From Candidatus Uhrbacteria bacterium (GTDB lineage: Bacteria; Patescibacteriota; Patescibacteriia; JACQRZ01), in NCBI GenBank assembly GCA_016206155.1, contig JACQSC010000001.1, positions 71,105 to 125,370 of the forward strand: a stretch of DNA of 54,266 bases. The letters run 5' to 3'. Each line of letters begins with the position of its first letter. The first letter of the stretch is position 1. Below are positions 48,839 through 54,266 of the stretch, piece after piece. The position numbers and the translations under genes are program-made. The notes beneath the pieces were generated by a model. It did no database searches and was not told the DNA's origin. It saw nothing but the letters and a program-made list of their open reading frames with translations.

Positions 48839-49594
48839 ATGCGAAGACGCGCTGTTTATACTCTTGTGCACAATGAATCGATATTTCTCCCCATCTGGCT
48901 AACATACTACAGCAGATATTTCGATTACTCGGACATATATGTGATCGACCATCAGAGTACGGACGGAAGCACCACAAAATTACCGTGCAATGTTATTCAA
49001 GTGACGCATGAATTTGTGCACGATGATTTGTTCATGCATGAAATGATAACGAAATTTCAGTATAGATTACTGGAGGGGTATAAATATGTTTTATATGTTG
49101 ATTGCGATGAGTTTGTTTACCATCAAGATGGTCTGGATGCCTACATCGATTCGATGGATCGTCCATGCATAATGGCAAACGGCTATGAACTAGTCCACAT
49201 GAGAAATCGAGAAGCGCCAATTAACCTATCTCAGCCGATTCTAAATCAGCGAAATTATTGGATTCGAAGCAAATACTACTCTAAACCAGTTTTATCAGCG
49301 ATTCCATTTTATTGGGGCATAGGAAGGCATGGCGCAGAAAACGGTGGTTATTTTGATGAAAATTTTTTTCTTTTACATTTAAAAAGAATGGATTATGATA
49401 TTGCATTAAAAAAAAATGAATTGACGGCAGTTTCAAATATTAGTCCTATCAACAAAAAATATGCGTGGGGTTATCAATGTTGGCTCACAGGTCAAGGATT
49501 TGACTCCTGGTTTTATACAGATTTCTATCCAAATTATCTTGATGCGCATATTGAGCCAATCATCGATAAAGTTAAAAAATTTATGCCACTTTAA
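48839..49594 (+). CDS. GT2-like glycosyltransferase
   Basis: NES.FL..WL.YY, IDH.STDGS, VDCDEF, LLHLK. Confidence 0.8.
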   Translation: MRRRAVYTLVHNESIFLPIWLTYYSRYFDYSDIYVIDHQSTDGSTTKLPCNVIQVTHEFVHDDLFMHEMITKFQYRLLEGYKYVLYVDCDEFVYHQDGLDAYIDSMDRPCIMANGYELVHMRNREAPINLSQPILNQRNYWIRSKYYSKPVLSAIPFYWGIGRHGAENGGYFDENFFLLHLKRMDYDIALKKNELTAVSNISPINKKYAWGYQCWLTGQGFDSWFYTDFYPNYLDAHIEPIIDKVKKFMPL

Positions 49595-49609
49595 TACGGG
49601 CTATCATAT

Positions 49610-50332
49610 ATGAACAATGAGGATCTTATCTTTGATACCAGAAATCCTAATCGAAAAGCTGAAGTGTCAGTAGTTTTGGTTTTTAATAGCTCAAATTATC
49701 ATATCGACATAAAATCAGTTCTGGAGTCAATAGAAGGACAAACTTTGAAGAGCTTAGAAATTATCATTTATGATAATGGATCAAACACATATAGACTTAA
49801 GTCGCTCCGATCATATTTATCTCGTAGTAGGCAATTCGGCGGAGGGGCGCTATTGCTAAATTTTATTAGTCAAAGAACTTTTTCGCAAATTTCAAGCATG
49901 ACTCTAAAATATGCCACGGCGCAATATATCTTATTTCTTGATGACAATATTTTTCTCTACCCGCGTTGCATTGGCTCATTGTTAAGCGCACTAAAAAATT
50001 CTAATGCGAGTTTTACTCATTGTTATATAGAAATATTCGGCGCATCTAGAGGAATATTCAATGCATATCCATGGAACGATCAATCGTTAATGGTCGGTGA
50101 ACCGGCTGAGAAATTTGTGCTAATAAAAAAAGCTATTTTGGAAAAGTCTAGAAATTACTCAGAGGATTGTCTTAAATCGGAAAACTATCAATTTTGGTCA
50201 AAGGTTAACGCGATCGGAGGCGACGGAATTCTGGTTCCTGAAATTTTGATGAGATGCAAGATTAATTCGAACACAAAATATAGACCGATAGAGTCACAAC
50301 TTGAACGAACGATATCGTATGAATATTTTTAA
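49610..50332 (+). CDS. Divergent GT2-fold protein
   Basis: VSVV, L.SI..QT...LEIIIYDNGS, YILFLDDN. Confidence 0.7.
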   Translation: MNNEDLIFDTRNPNRKAEVSVVLVFNSSNYHIDIKSVLESIEGQTLKSLEIIIYDNGSNTYRLKSLRSYLSRSRQFGGGALLLNFISQRTFSQISSMTLKYATAQYILFLDDNIFLYPRCIGSLLSALKNSNASFTHCYIEIFGASRGIFNAYPWNDQSLMVGEPAEKFVLIKKAILEKSRNYSEDCLKSENYQFWSKVNAIGGDGILVPEILMRCKINSNTKYRPIESQLERTISYEYF

Positions 50333-51056
50333 TGAAAACCGACAAATCTGCTTCTCCACTCCGCGGCGGCTTACCGAAGACACGTCGTGGCATATTCATA
50401 TTCCGCTCGCATTTTATTTAGTTCAACAGTTGCGACCAAAGGTAATTGTTGAGCTCGGTGTGGGAGCTGGCGATTCATACGGCGCATGGTGTCAAGCAGT
50501 CACGGAATTAGAAATTTTTGCAACGTGCTATGGTTTTAATATTACATCTAATTGTAAACATGGGCGCAATATTAACGAGAGTAAATTCGAAGAGCTTGTA
50601 TCCTATCATGATCAACTCTACGGTAAATTTTCTAAACTAAATCATACAACCGCCCATGGCGCACTTAGTTATTTTGATGACGGCGCCATAGATCTACTGC
50701 ATATTAACGGTTTAAATGTCGATGAATTTTTAAATTGCGATTTCGATCTATGGCTTCGAAAGATGAGTAAAAATGGAATAATACTAATACACGGTATCAA
50801 TGTGAAGAATCAGAATATATGTTTCTCTAAGTTTAGCGCGCATTTAAGAAAGAATTTTCCTTATATTGAATTTCCGCATGGTTTCGGCCTTGGTATCGCA
50901 GCTATTAATCAGTTTGCACCAGCCGCCATAAAATGTTTTTTTAATAAAAATGGTGTGGAAATCGGAAATATAATTCGTTTTTTTTATCTACTAGGTCGGA
51001 GCGTGCTTCTTTATTCCAATGAAAAAAAATGGCCGTTATCTGGCGGGCATGAATAG
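50319..51056 (+). CDS. Methyltransf_24-like protein (divergent)
   Basis: SW..HIP.AF, VELGV..GDSY; IDLLHING and HG where the paralog has HIDG and HD. Confidence 0.75.
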   Translation: MNIFNENRQICFSTPRRLTEDTSWHIHIPLAFYLVQQLRPKVIVELGVGAGDSYGAWCQAVTELEIFATCYGFNITSNCKHGRNINESKFEELVSYHDQLYGKFSKLNHTTAHGALSYFDDGAIDLLHINGLNVDEFLNCDFDLWLRKMSKNGIILIHGINVKNQNICFSKFSAHLRKNFPYIEFPHGFGLGIAAINQFAPAAIKCFFNKNGVEIGNIIRFFYLLGRSVLLYSNEKKWPLSGGHE

Positions 51057-51096
51057 TTCCCGAGACCTCATATAGAAATGATGTTGCATAAGCAGG

Positions 51097-52329
51097 ATGA
51101 GTAACTTTCAATCCAATATGGACAAATGCACAATTAAACCAATTGCATTTTATCTTCCCCAGTACCATCCAATTCCAGAAAACGATCGCTGGTGGGGGGA
51201 TGGTTTTACTGAGTGGGTGAATGTAAAAAAAGCAAAGCCTCTATTTAACGGGCATTATCAGCCGCATGTTCCGTCGGATACTATTGGGTATTATGATTTG
51301 CGAGATGATAGAGTACGAGAGCGCCAGGCAGAAATTGCTAAACATTACGGCATCTATGGATTTTGCTATTATTATTACTGGTTTAACGGTAAAAAATTGC
51401 TGGATTACCCATTATCAGAGGTACTTCGTCTTAAGCGTCCCGATTTTCCATTTTGCGTATGTTGGGCGAACGAGAACTGGACAAGAAGATGGGATGGGAC
51501 AACTGGTGTTGTTTTAATGAAGCAGTCGGAGCAAAGTAATGATGCAATAAAAATTATTTACGATTTATTACCAATTTTTAATGATAATCGCTATATTCGC
51601 ATTGGCGGGAAACCACTATTTATCGTCTATAGGGCAGATTTACTTCAAGATCCACTCAGGGTTACTCAAGCATGGCGAAGAATATGTGCCGAGAATGGCA
51701 TGGGCGGAATTTACTTATGTTGTGTGCGGTCATTTGATGTAATTGATCCAAAAATTTTTGGATTCGATTCAGCGATTGAAATGCCCCCACATCAGTACAT
51801 GAGAAGTCTAGAGATAAGGAATTTTCACGCATATCATGCTAATGAATTTAAAGGAAAGGCATATGACTACGGAAAAATTCTAAATACTGCGCGCACTAGA
51901 GCAGAACATGAGTATACGTTGTTTAGGGGAATTATGCCATCATGGGATAATACAGCTCGTTTAGGTAAAAACGCATTAGTTTACATCAATGTTGATTCGG
52001 AGGAATATCGATCATGGCTTCAATATATTTGTGCCTATACTACCATCATGAACGAGCCAGATAAGCAGTATATTTTTATAAACGCATGGAATGAATGGGG
52101 TGAGGGATGTCATCTTGAGCCAGATAAAAAAAACGAATACAGATATTTGGAGATAACGAAGGATGTTGTCGGAGACAATGAGAGATCACTGCAAGCGATT
52201 ATTTTTAATCTCCAATCAGCTACCGAAAAACTTCTGATCTCGGCTGACGATTTATGCGCAATAAAAAAAACAATTTTCCGGAAGATTTCAAAAAAAATTT
52301 ATGCTTTTTATGATAAAGTTTTTAAGTGA
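51097..52329 (+). CDS. WbsX / GH99-like domain protein
   Basis: IAFYLPQYHPIPEND.WWG.GFTEW.NV, GYYDL, WANENW.RRW, WDNTAR, NAWNEWGEG.HLEPD. Confidence 0.92.
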   Translation: MSNFQSNMDKCTIKPIAFYLPQYHPIPENDRWWGDGFTEWVNVKKAKPLFNGHYQPHVPSDTIGYYDLRDDRVRERQAEIAKHYGIYGFCYYYYWFNGKKLLDYPLSEVLRLKRPDFPFCVCWANENWTRRWDGTTGVVLMKQSEQSNDAIKIIYDLLPIFNDNRYIRIGGKPLFIVYRADLLQDPLRVTQAWRRICAENGMGGIYLCCVRSFDVIDPKIFGFDSAIEMPPHQYMRSLEIRNFHAYHANEFKGKAYDYGKILNTARTRAEHEYTLFRGIMPSWDNTARLGKNALVYINVDSEEYRSWLQYICAYTTIMNEPDKQYIFINAWNEWGEGCHLEPDKKNEYRYLEITKDVVGDNERSLQAIIFNLQSATEKLLISADDLCAIKKTIFRKISKKIYAFYDKVFK

Positions 52330-52459
52330 AATGAATGGCGTAAGGGACGATTCATTTTTTAACTGCTAGCTGAATTACTAATATCTTCCAAACTTTAATT
52401 TTGCGGATATATTGCTAATTGTGGAGCAATCAGTATGACAAGTAGGACATAGAAGTTTT

Positions 52460-53362
52460 ATGCCAACAGTACATCACAATATGTATTTTCTTCGAGAGCC
52501 TCGTCTGCTAACAGATGTCAATTCGTGGCATATGCATATTCCATTCGCTTTTTATCTTATAGGAATCTTGCAACCAAGACTTATTGTAGAACTCGGCACT
52601 CATAGAGGCGATTCATACTGTTCATTTTTGCAGGCTGTCGCGGATCTCGGCATAGATACTAAGTGTTATGCCGTGGATCACTGGACGGGTGATCAACATT
52701 CTGGATATTACGGAGATGAGGTCTATAATGAGTTGCGACAATACCATGATAAATTCTATTCCGACTTTTCACAATTATTAAGAATGACATTTGATGAAGG
52801 GCTTCAATATTTTTCGGAAAAAAGCATTGATTTTCTCCATATTGACGGAGAGCATACATATGAGGCGGTCAAGCATGATTTTGATTTATGGCTGCCAAAG
52901 ATGAGCGAGAGCGGGGTTCTTCTTCTTCACGATACGGATAAAAAGGACAAAAATTTTGGCGTTTATCGACTATGGGAAAAGCTAAAAAAAATATATCCAT
53001 CAATAAATTTCTCGTACGGTAATGGTCTTGGGATTCTGTTTGTCGGAACTAAAATTTCTTACGAGGTTATCAATGATATAACAAAGAGCTTCCCCCCAGA
53101 TTTTTTTAGAGCACTAGGGGAAAGAGTTTACTTCAAAAAAAAACATGAACTACTCAACTATCAATTAGATGCCACCACCGCAGAGCTCCAATCCACCACC
53201 GCAGAGCTCCATATGATAGAGCGAACTATTTTATGGCGCGCGGCAAGAAAGTTTTATTTCCTGGTCGATAAGTTATTTCCATCTAATACACGGAGGCGTC
53301 AATGGTATAGTCTTATGGTTGAGCGTATTAAGGGTGGCAGAGGCGAGCATAATCTGATATGA
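52460..53362 (+). CDS. Methyltransf_24 protein with a coiled-coil tail
   Basis: VELGTHRGDS, AVDHW.GD.H.G.Y, LHIDGEHTYEAVK.D, LLHD. Confidence 0.9.
   Translation: MPTVHHNMYFLREPRLLTDVNSWHMHIPFAFYLIGILQPRLIVELGTHRGDSYCSFLQAVADLGIDTKCYAVDHWTGDQHSGYYGDEVYNELRQYHDKFYSDFSQLLRMTFDEGLQYFSEKSIDFLHIDGEHTYEAVKHDFDLWLPKMSESGVLLLHDTDKKDKNFGVYRLWEKLKKIYPSINFSYGNGLGILFVGTKISYEVINDITKSFPPDFFRALGERVYFKKKHELLNYQLDATTAELQSTTAELHMIERTILWRAARKFYFLVDKLFPSNTRRRQWYSLMVERIKGGRGEHNLI
53172..53211 (+). repeat. 21-bp coding repeat (TTAELQS), about 2 copies
   Basis: CCACCACCGCAGAGCTCCA repeated; same unit as 54178-54247. Confidence 0.85.
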
Positions 53363-54266
53363 AAATTGCCGTTATAGCGCATATTTATTACACTGATCTG
53401 ATAGAAGAATTTATTAATTATTTTCAGAATCTTCCTGTTGGTACAGATTTCCATATATCAACCACTGCAGAATCAGAACAGAAAGTAAAGAATGATTTTT
53501 TGAATTTTTTTGATGAGGCTCACGTGCATGTAATTGGCGTAGAGAACAGAGGCGTGGACATAGCGTCTTTTGTGATGTTCTATAAAAAAATTTATTCACA
53601 GTATGATCTCATATGCAAAGTTCATACAAAGAAGGAGAATAGGGTAGGTTTTCTCGACGGATGGAGATTATATCTGTTGGAAAATTTGCTTGGATCGAAA
53701 AAAATTGTCGACAAAATTATTTCAGAATTTCAGAGCGATAATATGCTGGGGGTTATTTTCCCCGAGCATTTTTATTTTATTAATAATTGGATAGATTGGG
53801 GAAATAATTTTAATAGAGCTCACGAATTAATGCGGAAAATTGGCTTAGATATTTCTTCCTACGAGGTGGAATTCCCGTCAGGATCAATGTTTTGGTTTAG
53901 ACCAGCCGCATTAATTTCATTAAATAAACTTAATCTTGAACCTATCGATTTTAAGCAGGCGAATGAATATGCCCCCGATGGACTCCTTGAACACGCTATC
54001 GAAAGAATTTTTTTATATCTTGCAGAAGTAAATGGCTTTTATTGGAAGAAAGTTCTATTTCAGCCCCTGCTGAAAAAAGATTATAAGGTTCAGACATATT
54101 CTAAAAGCATTCTTGATCATTTATCTATAACAAACAAAAATATTCTTGTACTTACTGGTTCTTTAAGGGGTTATGAGGCAGAGCTCCAATCAACCACCGC
54201 AGAGCTCCAATCAACCACCGCAGAGCACCAATCAACCACCGCAGAGCCTGTCTCTAAAACACATCA
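53359..54266 (+). CDS. Rhamnan synthesis protein F (RgpF) family, 3' truncated; absent from the ORF track
   Basis: Hand translation: IAVIAHIYY.DL, ENRGVDI, KVHTKK, FPSGSMFWFR, DG.LEHAIER. Confidence 0.88.
   Translation, partial: MKIAVIAHIYYTDLIEEFINYFQNLPVGTDFHISTTAESEQKVKNDFLNFFDEAHVHVIGVENRGVDIASFVMFYKKIYSQYDLICKVHTKKENRVGFLDGWRLYLLENLLGSKKIVDKIISEFQSDNMLGVIFPEHFYFINNWIDWGNNFNRAHELMRKIGLDISSYEVEFPSGSMFWFRPAALISLNKLNLEPIDFKQANEYAPDGLLEHAIERIFLYLAEVNGFYWKKVLFQPLLKKDYKVQTYSKSILDHLSITNKNILVLTGSLRGYEAELQSTTAELQSTTAEHQSTTAEPVSKTH
54178..54247 (+). repeat. 21-bp coding repeat (AELQSTT), 3+ copies at the sequence end
   Basis: GCAGAGCTCCAATCAACCACC units. Confidence 0.85.

Noticed and set aside
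54248..54266. CTGTCTCTAAAACACATCA as a Tn5/IS50 transposon end
   Set aside because: It matches the Nextera mosaic end CTGTCTCTTATACACATCT at 16/19 and sits at the very end of the sequence, so it is most likely adapter carry-over; the last bases are unreliable.

Overview
A bacterial chromosome segment using the standard code. Gene content, gene style and the near-absence of Shine-Dalgarno sites suggest a Patescibacteria/CPR (Parcubacteria-like) genome; this is inference. In order, the window holds: the 3' end of a DUF2207 gene; a complete F0F1 ATP synthase operon; a LexA/UmuD-like repressor, HigBA, YdcF and DinB cassette; a UvrD helicase fused to a RecB-type nuclease; a type IV pilus cluster with an inserted DUF3800 gene and a convergent structured ncRNA; glycosyltransferases and housekeeping genes (rfbB, der, pth, pyrH, dprA, topA); VapBC; rubredoxin-AhpC-SOD; a Rel enzyme with a degenerate hydrolase site; PEGA and LCP proteins; tRNA-Val(CAC); and a visibly AT-richer Wzm/Wzt methylated-glycan island running off the end. 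The most unusual signals are non-coding. (1) Hairpins made of about four tandem 7-8 nt units sit at every non-overlapping atp gene junction and elsewhere, often seeded on stop codons. (2) REP-like palindromes are inserted in frame in atpG and twice in the helicase. (3) The DUF3800 gene carries an antisense RNA with its own promoter and terminator. (4) The intact tRNA-Val is bounded by 13-bp inverted repeats and nested inside the anticodon loop of a second, degenerate tRNA. No databases were searched; all family calls come from motif recognition.
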